Source: an uncultured Eubacteriales bacterium
Lineage (GTDB): Bacteria; Bacillota; Clostridia; Oscillospirales; UBA644
Assembly: GCA_900547165.1 (NCBI GenBank)
Contig: URFZ01000013.1
Span: 1,292 to 65,291, forward strand
Reading direction: 5' to 3'
DNA length: 64,000 nucleotides
Shown piece by piece: positions 45,659 through 56,843 of the stretch. A model generated the notes under the pieces. That model was not told the origin of the DNA. It saw only the letters and a program-made list of their open reading frames with translations, and made no database searches. A program made the translations under genes and the position numbers. The first letter of the stretch is position 1, and every line of letters starts with the position of its first letter.

Positions 45659-45721
45659 AAGAATATTATAAAAACAGTAGGATAGCACATTATACTTAAC
45701 GGAATAATGTACATATAAAAA

Positions 45722-45748
45722 CAGATTCCGATCTTCAATCGGAATCTG
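45722..45748 (-). terminator. terminator of the ATP-grasp gene
   Basis: 11-bp stem CAGATTCCGAT / ATCGGAATCTG, followed on the minus strand by TTTTTA. Confidence 0.65.
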
Positions 45749-45764
45749 CGCACTTCTATTGACT

Positions 45765-46763
45765 TTACAATGTATTCTGTTTAGGATTATAGGTACGGTT
45801 ACTCTTTACTTTTACATAATCCAATATAGGTTTACCTTTTGGTTCCTTGTCTGCGAATTGATGGATTTTCGGTCCGGGAGCACCGTTTACTTCTATTATT
45901 ACAGGGCCTTTTTCGGTAAAAGCAATATCCCACCCGAGAACGGCACTTTCCGGCATAAATTCATGAGCCTCTTTAACAGTCAACAAAGCTTCTTCCCAAC
46001 ACGGAAGTTGAATTCCGGGAATGATTTTGCCTGTTGTGGGATGGTAAATATATGTTTTATCTTCATAGTCTCTGCCCACAGTTGTAACAACTCCGGTTCC
46101 GATATCAACTCCAGCCCCGATGCCGTTTGCGTGAAGATTATCGACAAACGCTTTGCCTTTACTCATTTTAAACGTTGCCGCAATAATTTTAGCGGAATTG
46201 TTTTCTCTCAGAGTCATAATGCGGCAAGAATTAACGGAAGAGGGACAAATCTCATTTATTTCCGCGCTTTGAACAATCAATTCCTCACAGATAATATCGT
46301 TTTTAACAGACTCCTCGTATTTTTGCCGACAACTTTTTTCATCGGTATATTCAAATATCTCGGTCCCTCGGCCGCAAGAATCCTTATCAGGCTTCAAAAA
46401 GACTTTTCCGTGTTTTTTTACAAAAGAGGAAAAATCACTTTCGGAAATTTCGGAAACAGCAACGATTTCTCTTCCGTAAAACTTTTTCAAGCGTCCATAA
46501 CAAAATATTTTTGAAAGAGCCAATCCGGCTTTGTTTATATACCGAAGGGTATGACGCTTATTCCAAAAAGTTAAAAAATTCTTTCTGTATCCGTTCTTAT
46601 ATTTATAATAATGCATAAGAAAATATTCGTCAGAGGCACAATGAAACATATATTTACAATACAAAAAATCAAGATAAACCTTAACCCGATCTTTTCTTCT
46701 CGAAAAGCCGAAGAACTCCGCATCTCGCATGAAGAAATGAAAATTATCTATTATTTTTGGCAT
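45765..46763 (-). CDS. sugar-transfer-associated ATP-grasp family protein (ATPgrasp_ST-like)
   Basis: ATP-grasp core (KVFLKPDKDSCGRGTEIF, ICEELI, GWDIAFTEKGPVIIEVNGAPG). The gene is AT-rich. The family name is from memory. Confidence 0.7.
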   Translation of the reverse strand: MPKIIDNFHFFMRDAEFFGFSRRKDRVKVYLDFLYCKYMFHCASDEYFLMHYYKYKNGYRKNFLTFWNKRHTLRYINKAGLALSKIFCYGRLKKFYGREIVAVSEISESDFSSFVKKHGKVFLKPDKDSCGRGTEIFEYTDEKSCRQKYEESVKNDIICEELIVQSAEINEICPSSVNSCRIMTLRENNSAKIIAATFKMSKGKAFVDNLHANGIGAGVDIGTGVVTTVGRDYEDKTYIYHPTTGKIIPGIQLPCWEEALLTVKEAHEFMPESAVLGWDIAFTEKGPVIIEVNGAPGPKIHQFADKEPKGKPILDYVKVKSNRTYNPKQNTL

Positions 46764-46819
46764 AAATTATCCCACCTGTTTTTTTTTAAGTATATCACAA
46801 CGTTTCCAAAAAGTCAATT

Positions 46820-46843
46820 CCGCCCGACGTTTCCGTCGGGCGG
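46820..46843 (-). terminator. terminator of the SPFH gene
   Basis: 10-bp stem CCGCCCGACG / CGTCGGGCGG with a T-rich tract downstream on the minus strand. Confidence 0.55.
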
Positions 46844-46885
46844 CAGTTTTTCCGTTTCTGTTTTTACTTTTACCTTTTTCTGCCG

Positions 46886-47866
46886 TCAGTCGCAGCACGG
46901 ATCGGGCTTTTTCGGGGGCTTTTCCTCGGGCGCGGGCTTGGTAACGTCGCCCAGCCCCGTAACTTCGGAAAACATAACATTCGCTTTTGTCGCGTTCACC
47001 GCGTCGGTAGGCACGATTATCTTCGACGCTCTGCCGTTTGACATCGCAACAAGCGCTTCATATTTTTTGAGTTCAAGAACGGCGGCGTCCGCGCCTGCTT
47101 CACGCAGCGCGGCAAGTCCGTCCGCTTCCGCTTTCTTTGCAAGATATATCGCCTTGGCTTCACCCTCGGCTCTTGCGATGCGTGCGTCTCTTTCACCCTC
47201 TGCGGCAAGTATCATCGCCTGTTTGTCACCCTCTGCGCGGGTGATCGCGGCTGCCTTGTGTCCCTCTGCCTGCAAAAGCGTTTCGCGGCGGTCGCGTTCC
47301 GCTTTCATCTGTTTTTCCATCGCATTTTGAATCTCGGCGGGAGGGATAATATTTTTCAGTTCGACACGGTTGACCTTGATACCCCATTTATCGGTAGCCT
47401 CGTCAAGAATCTCCGTCATTTTTCCGTTTATTGTGTCACGGGAAGTCAGCGTTCCGTCAAGTTCGAGTTCGCCGACGATGTTACGGAGAGTTGTTGCGGC
47501 AAGATTTTCGAGCGCGGAGATGGGATTGACGGCGCCGTAAGCATAAAGTTTTGCGTCAAAAATGCAGAAATATATAACGGTATCTATCTGCATGGTAACG
47601 TTATCCTTTGTGATAACGGGCTGCGGCGGCGAATCGAGTACCTGCTCTTTGAGAGTCACTCTTTTTGCGATGCGTTCAAAGAAAGGCACTTTGACATGAA
47701 CGCCTGCCGTCCATGTTGCTTTGTACTTGCCGAGAAATTCAATAACATATTCCGCCGCCTGCGGAACGATTTTGAGATTTGCCAGAATGATCAAAAGAAC
47801 CACTGCGCCTGCGATAATACCGATAATTGCACCTACGGGCATAGAAAAAACCTCTTTTCTTTTCAT
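46886..47866 (-). CDS. SPFH/Band 7 (stomatin-like) membrane protein
   Basis: N-terminal TM segment, an SPFH core (IVPQAAEYVIEFLGKY.., VITKDNVTMQIDTVIYF), and an Ala/Glu-rich coiled coil. No NfeD partner is adjacent. Confidence 0.85.
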   Translation of the reverse strand: MKRKEVFSMPVGAIIGIIAGAVVLLIILANLKIVPQAAEYVIEFLGKYKATWTAGVHVKVPFFERIAKRVTLKEQVLDSPPQPVITKDNVTMQIDTVIYFCIFDAKLYAYGAVNPISALENLAATTLRNIVGELELDGTLTSRDTINGKMTEILDEATDKWGIKVNRVELKNIIPPAEIQNAMEKQMKAERDRRETLLQAEGHKAAAITRAEGDKQAMILAAEGERDARIARAEGEAKAIYLAKKAEADGLAALREAGADAAVLELKKYEALVAMSNGRASKIIVPTDAVNATKANVMFSEVTGLGDVTKPAPEEKPPKKPDPCCD

Positions 47867-47896
47867 TTTTATATACGAGCGACACTTCCGCTCGCA

Positions 47897-48745
47897 TTAT
47901 TTATTTACCTGATTATTATTCAGTGTATCCGATACGCCGTCTGTCAATTTTAAATTTTCCGTTTCAAAAACTTTCATCTGACGTATCGCGGATTTATTAA
48001 GTTCAATAAGTCGCTCTTGCTGTCCGACACCGTTATCTATCAAATAGGCATTCAAATTTTCAAGATTAGAAAGACATACGAGTTGCGACACTTCCGCATA
48101 GTCCCTAATATTGCCCTTTTTGTCAGGATTTTTTTCTCGCCACTCCTTTGCCGTCATGCCGAACATCGCAACATTCAGAACATCCGCTTCACTTGCATAC
48201 ACCACCGACGCCTTTTCTTTTGATATTTCAAGAGGAATAATTATATTTTCTTTTATGGCATCGGTATGTACCCTGTAATTTATCTTTGCAAGTTCGCGTT
48301 TGACCGACCAGCCAAGTTGCTTTTGTTCATCCGACTTCAGCCTTTGAAATTCTTTAATTATATAAAGGTTTATTTCGGGAGAAATCCACGATGCAAATTG
48401 CAAAGCAATATCTTTGTGCGCATAAGTTCCGGAATTATATTTTCCTGCTTTTGATACAAGCCCCACGGCATTTACGCTGTCTATCCATTTTTTGGGAGAC
48501 ATTGTAAAGTAATTATGCCCCGCCTCATTTTTAATCCGGTCGAATTCGACCAGTTTAAAATCGGGATTATTCAATTTTTCCCACAAGCCTATAAACTCTA
48601 TTGTGTCTTTCCGTCTAAGCCAATTTTTAACAACATCTGCGGGCTCTTCCGAATTTTTGTATCTCGCAATATCGGTCAAAGAGAAATAATCGTCTTTATT
48701 TAAATGAATACTTTGTTCAAAAACCGTAATTTCCTTATTTTTCAT
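47897..48745 (-). CDS. KilA-N domain-containing protein
   Basis: FSLTDIARYKNSEEPADVVKNWLRRKDTIEFIGLWEKLNNPDF.. and YAHKDIALQFASWISPEINLYIIKEFQRLK are typical of this family. The gene is AT-rich. Confidence 0.75.
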   Translation of the reverse strand: MKNKEITVFEQSIHLNKDDYFSLTDIARYKNSEEPADVVKNWLRRKDTIEFIGLWEKLNNPDFKLVEFDRIKNEAGHNYFTMSPKKWIDSVNAVGLVSKAGKYNSGTYAHKDIALQFASWISPEINLYIIKEFQRLKSDEQKQLGWSVKRELAKINYRVHTDAIKENIIIPLEISKEKASVVYASEADVLNVAMFGMTAKEWREKNPDKKGNIRDYAEVSQLVCLSNLENLNAYLIDNGVGQQERLIELNKSAIRQMKVFETENLKLTDGVSDTLNNNQVNK

Positions 48746-48808
48746 ATCTTTCTTCCTTTTTTCTGTTCTATGCATGCAATACACAAAATCGCAAAGAAAT
48801 CTATACAA

Positions 48809-50125
48809 TCAGTCTTCCCCGCTTTGGGAATATTTCAGTTCGTCGGGGATGACCGCGTCCGAATAAACCTTTGCGCCCGCCTGAGCCGAACCGCTTGCGG
48901 ACGGAGCGACAACGGGAACAACGGTCTGCGGCAGTCCCTCGGGGCGGAAACCGTTATATCCGCCGTTGATTATCGTTTTCGGAAAACTTTTATAGCAGAA
49001 GTTGAGGTCAACGCCGGTCGTAATTCCCGGAACGGAACCTTTTGAAGTATATTGCCACATCGCATACTCGTCCTTGCCGAGGAAACGCGATATTGCGCCG
49101 TCGTAAATTCCGCCGTCGTCGGGACCGTATGCCGCGACCCAAAAATCGTAATCGCGCAAAGCGGCTTTGTCGAGGTTGTAAAAGAACACGCTGGCACTTG
49201 CGTAGCACGCGGAATACCAACCCGCTGAACGGAGCATTTCGCAATACGTCCGAACCACTTCCGTACCGAGCGCTTTGCCGAGCACGAACTCTTCATAGTC
49301 AAAATAAACGGGGTATGTCAGCATACCGCCGAGGTCTTTCAAAGCGTCTATCGTCGCATTCGCTTCCGCGGCGGCTTCTTCGGTATTTTCCGCATAAGAA
49401 TAAACGTAAACACCGACATCAAGTCCCGCTTCACAGGCGGCTTTGACGTTTTCGTCAAAGCGCGAATCTTTCTGCGACGGGTATTTTGCAAAGTTTCCTA
49501 TGCCGAGTCTTATGAGAACAGCGGTTATGCCGGAATCGCGCACCGCGTTGAAATCAACTTTTCCCTGATGGCTGGAAACGTCGATAACAAGCAACGGAGC
49601 CTCGTCCGAAACGGCGGGAGAAACGCGCAGACGCACGGTATGCGTTTTTTTGCCGTTTGATGCGGAAATTTCGCAGGAACCGAGGGCTTTTGCAACTATT
49701 TTTCCGTTTTCTACCGCGGCGACCGAGGTATCCGTCGAGCGCCAAGCGGACGCGGAAAAATCCCCGAAAGATTTCAAATCACAGGTTTCGCCGACCATCA
49801 GACACATATATTCGACCTCCGAAGTCTCTTCGTCGGGCGGTTCAACCTCAACAAGCCGTTCGGTGCCGTCTATGGCATATTTCAACGCAAGCCGAGCATC
49901 GTTTTCGGTTATTTTGCCGTCGCCGTCTATGTCCGCAACCGCCTTTATATATGCTGGCAACTCCTCGCCTGAACGCGCGTATTCAAGAATTTTACGGGCA
50001 TCGGAACTGCTCACGACCCAATCGCCGTCAATGTCTCCGACAAGTGCTTTTTCTGCAAACGCGGGCAGACAAAGCCCGAATGTCAAAACAAGCACAACGC
50101 AAAATCCGACAAGCCTTTTCAGCAT
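48809..50125 (-). CDS. secreted dockerin + Big_2-like + GH25 muramidase (lysozyme)
   Basis: Signal peptide and dockerin pair (GDIDGDWVVSSSD, DIDGDGKITEND). The GH25 motifs are IDVSSHQGKVDFNAV, VYVYSYA and FDYEEF. Confidence 0.8.
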   Translation of the reverse strand: MLKRLVGFCVVLVLTFGLCLPAFAEKALVGDIDGDWVVSSSDARKILEYARSGEELPAYIKAVADIDGDGKITENDARLALKYAIDGTERLVEVEPPDEETSEVEYMCLMVGETCDLKSFGDFSASAWRSTDTSVAAVENGKIVAKALGSCEISASNGKKTHTVRLRVSPAVSDEAPLLVIDVSSHQGKVDFNAVRDSGITAVLIRLGIGNFAKYPSQKDSRFDENVKAACEAGLDVGVYVYSYAENTEEAAAEANATIDALKDLGGMLTYPVYFDYEEFVLGKALGTEVVRTYCEMLRSAGWYSACYASASVFFYNLDKAALRDYDFWVAAYGPDDGGIYDGAISRFLGKDEYAMWQYTSKGSVPGITTGVDLNFCYKSFPKTIINGGYNGFRPEGLPQTVVPVVAPSASGSAQAGAKVYSDAVIPDELKYSQSGED

Positions 50126-50129
50126 TTCT

Positions 50130-51437
50130 TCAACCTCCCGCAAAATCTTCGTATGCAACTTTTACGGACGCCTGAACATCCGCATAATTCTTTCTCAAAC
50201 TGCGAAACGAGAAAAACACAACGCCTTTGCAGTTTTCTTTCCCGTTCGCATAAGCGACCTGCGACGCTATTTCGTCGGGCGATGAATACGCTCCGCTCTC
50301 CGCGCCGCGATACGCGCCTATACCTATATATAATGTGACCCCGTATTCGCCGCAGACATCGTTCCACCAATCGGCAAGAACGCAGAACGGCGCCGAGGAA
50401 TGACTTATCTGCCAATACAGTTGCGGACAGACATAATCTATTCTTCCGTTTTCTATCCATTCGTAGACATCGGCATAAACGTCCGAATATGCGGAAACGG
50501 TATAGCCTATCCCCGCTGTACCGTTCGGGGTCTTTTCACTTTTCCGCGCCCAGACGCCGCACGGACTGACGCCGAACACGACCCTGCCCGCACATACGCC
50601 GTGAACCTGTTCGATAAGCGCATTCACGTTCGCACGCCGCCAATCGTCGCGCGGCATACCGTTGCCGTAAAGGTCGTAAGCCTCGTCGTCGTCAAACGAT
50701 GCCGCGTCTGCATACGGATAAAAATAATCGTCAAAATGTATGCCGTCGATATCGTAATTCGCGATAAGTTCTTCGACCCCGTCGCAGATAAGTTTTCGGA
50801 CTTCGGGCAATGCGGGATTGAAAAAACACGCATATTTGCGAGCGCCGTTTTCCGTCCATGAATGGCGAACGACCCATTCGGGGTGAAGCACCGCGGGGTT
50901 TTCCGCCGCCAAAGTGTCCTCGTTATATCCCGAAGACGAAGCACAGGTCACGCGGTACGGGTTTATCCATGCGTGAACATCAATGTTTTTCGCGTGCGCC
51001 GCCGCGATAAAATAATCCAGAACGTCAAGCGGCAATTCCCCGCTCTGTTTGCCGCAGATATATGCGCTTGACGGAAAAATCCTTGACGGATATATCGCGT
51101 CCGCGCACGGTCTTACCTGCAAAAACAGGGCGTTCAATCCGTAAGTTTCGGCGTCCGAAATTATAGAGTCTATCTCTTTTTTGAGTTCATCCGCGCCAAG
51201 CGTCGGAGATGACGGAAAGTCGATATTCGCCACCGTCGATACCCACGCGCCGCTTACGCCCTTCTGAACGACTTCTTTTTCGGGAGTCCCCTCACCGCCC
51301 GTATGCGTCGGACTTTCTGTCCGTTCGGTCACGGACACGGCGTTTTCGGCAGGTCTGCCGAAAGGCAGTTTTGAGCAGGAGCAAAGAGAAAATGCAAGCG
51401 TCGCCGCAGTCAGCAAGAAAACAAGGAAGCGTTTCAT
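50130..51437 (-). CDS. glycoside hydrolase-like 10 (GHL10/DUF187, YngK-like) lipoprotein
   Basis: Lipobox FSLCSC. GAWVSTVANIDFPS, AHAWINPYRV and GIHFDDYFYP are typical of the family. Confidence 0.75.
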   Translation of the reverse strand: MKRFLVFLLTAATLAFSLCSCSKLPFGRPAENAVSVTERTESPTHTGGEGTPEKEVVQKGVSGAWVSTVANIDFPSSPTLGADELKKEIDSIISDAETYGLNALFLQVRPCADAIYPSRIFPSSAYICGKQSGELPLDVLDYFIAAAHAKNIDVHAWINPYRVTCASSSGYNEDTLAAENPAVLHPEWVVRHSWTENGARKYACFFNPALPEVRKLICDGVEELIANYDIDGIHFDDYFYPYADAASFDDDEAYDLYGNGMPRDDWRRANVNALIEQVHGVCAGRVVFGVSPCGVWARKSEKTPNGTAGIGYTVSAYSDVYADVYEWIENGRIDYVCPQLYWQISHSSAPFCVLADWWNDVCGEYGVTLYIGIGAYRGAESGAYSSPDEIASQVAYANGKENCKGVVFFSFRSLRKNYADVQASVKVAYEDFAGG

Positions 51438-51657
51438 AATATATCCCTTTCACGGACTGAATATGTTCAGCCCAGACAGACAAGCGGAAGCCCGCCGTCT
51501 GTTTCGGTTATTCTGAAAGTTTTATCTTCCTTTGTTTTCCTTATTTCTCTGTTTTTTGCAAAGAGCGACCGACAAACGCCGGTCGCTCCCGCAGTCTCGG
51601 TTGCGGGAAGCCACCCGTCACCTTTTTATCCCTTTTTCAGGACTTTTTCAAGCCTGT

Positions 51658-52011
51658 TTATACAAGTTTTTCGCCCATATCCACACCCGCAAGCAAATGG
51701 AAGTGGATATGCTGCACGGTCTGCCCCGCGTCTCTGCCGCAGTTGTTGATAATGCGGTAGCCGCTTTCAAGACCGAGCTTTTCGGCTGTTGCCTTTATCG
51801 CAAGCATTATCTTGCCCACGATATAAGCGTTTTCCTCGGTTATATCGTTCATCGAGGACATCAGATGTTTTTTCGGAACGAAAACGATATGAACGGGTGC
51901 CTGCGGATTTATGTCGCGGAACGCCAAAACGTCATCGTCTTCGTATACCTTTGTCGAGGGAATCTCTCCCGCGGCAATCTTGCAGAAAATGCAATCGCTC
52001 ATTTTTTTCAC
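51658..52011 (-). CDS. HIT family (histidine triad) protein
   Basis: CIFCKI and HIHFHLL motifs. Confidence 0.9.
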   Translation of the reverse strand: MKKMSDCIFCKIAAGEIPSTKVYEDDDVLAFRDINPQAPVHIVFVPKKHLMSSMNDITEENAYIVGKIMLAIKATAEKLGLESGYRIINNCGRDAGQTVQHIHFHLLAGVDMGEKLV

Positions 52012-52012
52012 C

Positions 52013-54634
52013 TTACGCTTTCAGAGTTTCCTTTACAGCCGCAAGAGCCTCGCCCAATTTCGAAGCGTCTCTGCCGCCTGCCGTTGCGCTGTCGGGTCTT
52101 CCGCCACCGCCGCCGCCGCAAATCTTTGCCGCGACTTTTACAAGGTCTCCCGCGCGGACACCCGCCGCGACCGCGTCTTTGCCGACGCCCGCTGCTATGG
52201 CAACCTTGCCGTCGGAAACGCCGGCAAGAAGCGCAACGCCGTTCGCGTATTTATCGCGGAGCGCGTCGCACATTGCACGCAGCGCGTCCGTCGAAGCGTC
52301 GATACGGGCAACCATAACGAGGTTGCCGTTTATCTCTTCCGCGGATTTGACAACGCCTTCGAGTTTGGCGAATGAAAGTTTGTTGTTCAGAGCCTCGACC
52401 TCTTTTGCAAGAGCCTTGTTCTGCGCAACCACGCTTTCCGCTTTGTGCACAAGTTCGCTTTCGGATGCTTTCAGCACGGAAGCAACGCCCGAAACGGTCT
52501 GTTGTTTTTCATTCAGATATTCAAGCACGTTCAGACCCGTTACGGCTTCGATTCTTCTGACGCCCGCCGCAACGCCGGTTTCGGAAACTATCTTGAAAAG
52601 ACCTATTTCCGCTGTGTTCTTCGCGTGCGTACCGCCGCAGAACTCCGTTGAGATGTCGCCCATGCGAACAACGCGGACTATCTCACCGTACTTTTCGCCG
52701 AACAGCGCAAGCGCGCCGAGTTTTTTCGCTTCCGCAATGGGAAGTTCGAGCGTATCTATTTCGGTAAGGGAAAGTATATATTCGTTGACAAGTCTTTCAA
52801 CCGTCGCAAGTTCTTCTTCGGTCATCGCTTCAAAGTGCGTGAAGTCGAAACGTGCGCGTTTTGCGTCAACGTAAGAACCCGCCTGTGTAACATGGTCGCC
52901 GAGAACGTCGCGCAGCGCCGCTTGCAGCAAATGCACCGCCGAGTGGTTTCTCATCGTGGCAAGTCGTTCGCTCTTGTTTACGCAAGCCTTGACCTCGTCG
53001 CCGACCGTCAGAGAACCGAACGCAACGGAACATTCGTGCAGATAGATTCCGTTTGCCTTTTTGGTGTCGCGCACGAGAAGAGAAGTCTCTCCCGCAGTCA
53101 GCACGCCTTTGTCTCCGACCTGTCCGCCGCTTTCCGCATAGAACGGGGTTCTGTCAAGCACAACGGTAACGTCGTCGCCCTGTTCGGCAACGCCTACCGC
53201 CTCGTCGTCTTTGAGTATCGCAAGCACTTTTGCGGTATCCACAAGTTTTGTATATCCGCTGAACTCGGTCTTTTCTATCGCGGCAAGCGCTTCATTGTCT
53301 TTCCATGCGGAAGCCGCAAAGCCTTTCGCCGCACTTCTTGCGGTCTTTTTCTGCTCCGCCATAAGTTCAAGGAAGCGTTTTTCGTCGGTTTCAAGTCCGT
53401 TTTCGGCAGCGATTTCTCTTGTCAGGTCTATCGGGAAGCCGAACGTATCGTAAAGTCTGAAAGTCTCTTCGCCGTCAAGAATCTTTCCCGCAACGTCCTT
53501 AACTCTCTTGATTATATCGCCGAGAATGGCAAGACCCTGGTCTATCGTCTTTTCGAAACGGTCTTCTTCCTGCTCGATGACTTTCTTTATATACGCCGCT
53601 TTTTCACGCAGTTCGGGATAAGCGGATTCGCTTTCGTGAATAACGACCTCGGCAAGTTCCGCCAGGAAATGCGGTTCTTTTATGCCGAGAAGTCTGCCGT
53701 GACGCGCCGCTCTTCTCAGAAGGCGGCGAAGAACGTAACCTCTGCCCTCGTTTGACGGAAGAACGCCGTCGCAGACCATGAAAGTGGTGCTTCTGATATG
53801 GTCCGTTATAACGCGCAGCGAAACGTCCGCAAGGTGATTTTCACCGTATTTGACGGCGGACATCTCCGAAATTTTTGCCGTGATGTTCTTTATCGTGTCA
53901 ACATCGAAAAGGCTGTCAACGTCCTGCATGATGCAGGCAAGTCTTTCAAGACCCATGCCGGTGTCGATGTTCTTCTTTTCAAGCGGGGTATAGTTGTTGT
54001 GTCCGTCATTGTTGAACTGTGAGAAAACGACGTTCCAGAACTCAACGTATCTGTCGCAGTCACAGCCGACATGGCAGTCGGGTCTGCCGCAGCCTTTGTC
54101 CGCGCCTCTGTCGAAATAAATTTCCGAGCAGGGACCGCAGGGTCCCGAACCGTGTTCCCAGAAGTTGTCTTCCTTGCCCATGCGCGAAACGTGGGACGGG
54201 TCAACGCCTATTTCTTTTGTCCATATATCATACGCTTCGTCGTCTTCGAGATATACCGTCACATAAAGTTTGTCAACGGGCATCTCCATAACTTTTGTGC
54301 AGAACTCCCACGCCCAGGTGATAGCCTCGCGCTTGAAGTAATCGCCGAACGAGAAGTTGCCGAGCATCTCAAAGAACGTGCCGTGACGTGCGTCTTTTCC
54401 CACGCAGTCGATGTCGGGCGTTCTTATGCACTTCTGGCAAGTTGTTACCCTGTTTCTCGGCGGCGTTTCCTGACCGGTGAAGTACGGCTTCATCGGGGTC
54501 ATGCCCGCGTTTATGAGAAGTATGCTCTTATCGTTCTGCGGAATGAGCGGAAAGCTCGGCAAACGCAAATGCCCCTTGCTTTCGAAGAACGAGAGATATT
54601 TTTCTCTTATTTCATTCAAACCCATGTAATGCAT
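52013..54634 (-). CDS. alaS: alanyl-tRNA synthetase
   Basis: ..[17 protein letters not shown].., the editing-domain HSAVHLL motif, CGGTH, and a C-terminal DHHA1 with a GGGGG tract. The start is chosen at MHYMGL after GGAG. Confidence 0.95.
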   Translation of the reverse strand: MHYMGLNEIREKYLSFFESKGHLRLPSFPLIPQNDKSILLINAGMTPMKPYFTGQETPPRNRVTTCQKCIRTPDIDCVGKDARHGTFFEMLGNFSFGDYFKREAITWAWEFCTKVMEMPVDKLYVTVYLEDDEAYDIWTKEIGVDPSHVSRMGKEDNFWEHGSGPCGPCSEIYFDRGADKGCGRPDCHVGCDCDRYVEFWNVVFSQFNNDGHNNYTPLEKKNIDTGMGLERLACIMQDVDSLFDVDTIKNITAKISEMSAVKYGENHLADVSLRVITDHIRSTTFMVCDGVLPSNEGRGYVLRRLLRRAARHGRLLGIKEPHFLAELAEVVIHESESAYPELREKAAYIKKVIEQEEDRFEKTIDQGLAILGDIIKRVKDVAGKILDGEETFRLYDTFGFPIDLTREIAAENGLETDEKRFLELMAEQKKTARSAAKGFAASAWKDNEALAAIEKTEFSGYTKLVDTAKVLAILKDDEAVGVAEQGDDVTVVLDRTPFYAESGGQVGDKGVLTAGETSLLVRDTKKANGIYLHECSVAFGSLTVGDEVKACVNKSERLATMRNHSAVHLLQAALRDVLGDHVTQAGSYVDAKRARFDFTHFEAMTEEELATVERLVNEYILSLTEIDTLELPIAEAKKLGALALFGEKYGEIVRVVRMGDISTEFCGGTHAKNTAEIGLFKIVSETGVAAGVRRIEAVTGLNVLEYLNEKQQTVSGVASVLKASESELVHKAESVVAQNKALAKEVEALNNKLSFAKLEGVVKSAEEINGNLVMVARIDASTDALRAMCDALRDKYANGVALLAGVSDGKVAIAAGVGKDAVAAGVRAGDLVKVAAKICGGGGGGRPDSATAGGRDASKLGEALAAVKETLKA

Positions 54635-54777
54635 TGTTAAAAAACTCCGTTCCGCCGCATATCGCGGCATTTTAAGCGACGAAAAATATTTTCCCGCTTA
54701 TCATAAACAACAAACAGAAATCCTCTCCGCAGTCGGTTCAAAACAGTCCTGCGGAAAACGGGGATTCTTATTCGCTT

Positions 54778-55647
54778 TTATTTTGCTTCCTTTTCTCTGT
54801 CCACGCAGATGCACGCGGAGATGAAAGGAAATTCTTTTTTGTATTTTTGAAGTATCTCAAACGCCTGCGAATACGTTTCGTAAACGGCGTAAACCGCAGA
54901 GCCGCTGCCCGTCATGTTTACCATGGTGGACGTTGCGGAAAGTTTTGTCAGAACATCCTCTATTTCAGGCACAAGCGCGGTCGCCGCGGGAAGCAGAGAA
55001 TTTGAAAGGAAATCATAAGGATTGAGCTCGAACGACATCGCGTGCAGTATCTTGCCTGTTCCGTCCGAACGCTGCGGGTCTATTTCGTCAAACTTCGCGT
55101 ACACCTCATCGGTCGCTGCGCCCTTTGCGGGAGCGGCCACGATAAAATACGGTCTGAAATCGCACTTGACCGGCGTAAGTTTTTCGCCGATACCGTCCGC
55201 ACGCTGCATTCCGCCCCTGATAAAGAACGGAACGTCCGCGCCGACCTCTGCGGCCACTTTTTCAAGAACTTCCGCAGGCGCGTCCAGCTTCAATATCTTG
55301 TTAAGAGCATTGATGACAGCCGCCGCATCCGAAGAGCCTCCCCCAAGACCCGAACGGAGCGGAATACCCTTTTTGATATTTATTTTTACAAGTCTGTCCT
55401 TGATTCCGAAATACGAGAAAAACGCGAACACCGCTTTGTAACAGGTATTTCTTTCGTCGCACGGAACTTCCGGATCGGAACACTTGATGCTGACTTCGTT
55501 TCCGTTCTTTGCGTTTTTGACAAGAATGGAAAGGTCGTCGCAAACGGAGATCTCCTGCATAAGAGACGAAATTTCGTGATAACCGTCTCCCCGTTTGTTT
55601 TTCACGTCAAGCGTCAGATTGAATTTTGCATAGGCTTTAATATTCAT
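54778..55647 (-). CDS. ispE: 4-diphosphocytidyl-2-C-methyl-D-erythritol kinase
   Basis: GHMP kinase motif PLRSGLGGGSSDAAAV and an N-terminal AKFNLTLDV. Confidence 0.9.
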   Translation of the reverse strand: MNIKAYAKFNLTLDVKNKRGDGYHEISSLMQEISVCDDLSILVKNAKNGNEVSIKCSDPEVPCDERNTCYKAVFAFFSYFGIKDRLVKINIKKGIPLRSGLGGGSSDAAAVINALNKILKLDAPAEVLEKVAAEVGADVPFFIRGGMQRADGIGEKLTPVKCDFRPYFIVAAPAKGAATDEVYAKFDEIDPQRSDGTGKILHAMSFELNPYDFLSNSLLPAATALVPEIEDVLTKLSATSTMVNMTGSGSAVYAVYETYSQAFEILQKYKKEFPFISACICVDREKEAK

Positions 55648-55694
55648 TATACCCACCCACTTTTCTGTTGCGCCGAACAGCAGTCGGCGACGGT

Positions 55695-56843
55695 TTATAA
55701 CTTTTTGAGAGCGGCAAGTATTGCTTCTTTCTTATCCGTCTTTTCCCAAGAAACGCCGAGGTCTTCTCTGCCGAGATGACCGTAAGCCGCAAGTTTTTCA
55801 TATCCCGGTTTTCTGAGATCGAGAGCTTCGATTATGGCTTTGGGGCGCATATCGAAAACTTCGCAAACCGCATCCGCTATCTGCTCGTCGGTATAACCGA
55901 GTCGAGAGCCCTCGGTCTGAACGCAGACGGAAACGGGCTGCGCAACGCCTATCGCATAGGCTATCTGAATCTGGCATTTGTCGGCAATTCCCGCCGCAAC
56001 GATGTTTTTGGCGATGTAACGTGCCATATAAGCCGCGCTTCTGTCAACCTTGGTCGGGTCTTTGCCGCTGAACGCGCCGCCGCCGTGGCAGGCATAGCCG
56101 CCGTAAGTGTCAACGATTATCTTTCTGCCCGTCAGACCGCTGTCGCCGTGAGGTCCGCCCACGATGAACTGTCCCGTCGGGTTGATGTAAAGTTTTGTGT
56201 TTTCGTCGCGCAGTTCCGCGGGAATAACGGCGTCAATAACTTTTTCGGTCACGTCGCGGGCTATCGTCTTCTGCGAAACGGACGGGTCGTGCTGCGCCGA
56301 AACGACAACCGCGTCTATGCGAACAGGTTTGCCGTTGTCGTATTCAACCGTGACCTGCGTCTTTCCGTCGGGACGAAGATACGGCAATGTGCCGTTCTTC
56401 CTTACCTCGGCAAGTTTTTTCGCAAGTTCATGCGCGTAATAAATAGGCATGGGCATAAGCGTCGGCGTTTCGTTGCAGGCATAGCCGAATACCATGCCCT
56501 GGTCTCCCGCACCGTCGCGGTCAACGCCCATAGCTATGTCGGGCGACTGTTCATCTATTGTGGACATAACGGCACAGGCGTCGCAGTCAATGCCGTAATC
56601 CGAATCGGTATAACCGATGTCGCGCAGAACGCGGCGGGCTATACGCGAAATGTCGATATAATCCGCATGGGTCGTTATCTCGCCCATAACAAGAACCATA
56701 CCCGTCGTCGTACACGTTTCGCAGGCAACGCGGGCGTTCGGGTCGTGTGAAAGTATCTCGTCAAGCACGGCGTCCGATATACGGTCGCATATCTTGTCGG
56801 GATGTCCCTCGGTCACAGACTCCGATGTAAAAAATCTCTTCAT
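55695..56843 (-). CDS. metK: S-adenosylmethionine synthetase
   Basis: [16 protein letters not shown] and [16 protein letters not shown]. Confidence 0.95.
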   Translation of the reverse strand: MKRFFTSESVTEGHPDKICDRISDAVLDEILSHDPNARVACETCTTTGMVLVMGEITTHADYIDISRIARRVLRDIGYTDSDYGIDCDACAVMSTIDEQSPDIAMGVDRDGAGDQGMVFGYACNETPTLMPMPIYYAHELAKKLAEVRKNGTLPYLRPDGKTQVTVEYDNGKPVRIDAVVVSAQHDPSVSQKTIARDVTEKVIDAVIPAELRDENTKLYINPTGQFIVGGPHGDSGLTGRKIIVDTYGGYACHGGGAFSGKDPTKVDRSAAYMARYIAKNIVAAGIADKCQIQIAYAIGVAQPVSVCVQTEGSRLGYTDEQIADAVCEVFDMRPKAIIEALDLRKPGYEKLAAYGHLGREDLGVSWEKTDKKEAILAALKKL

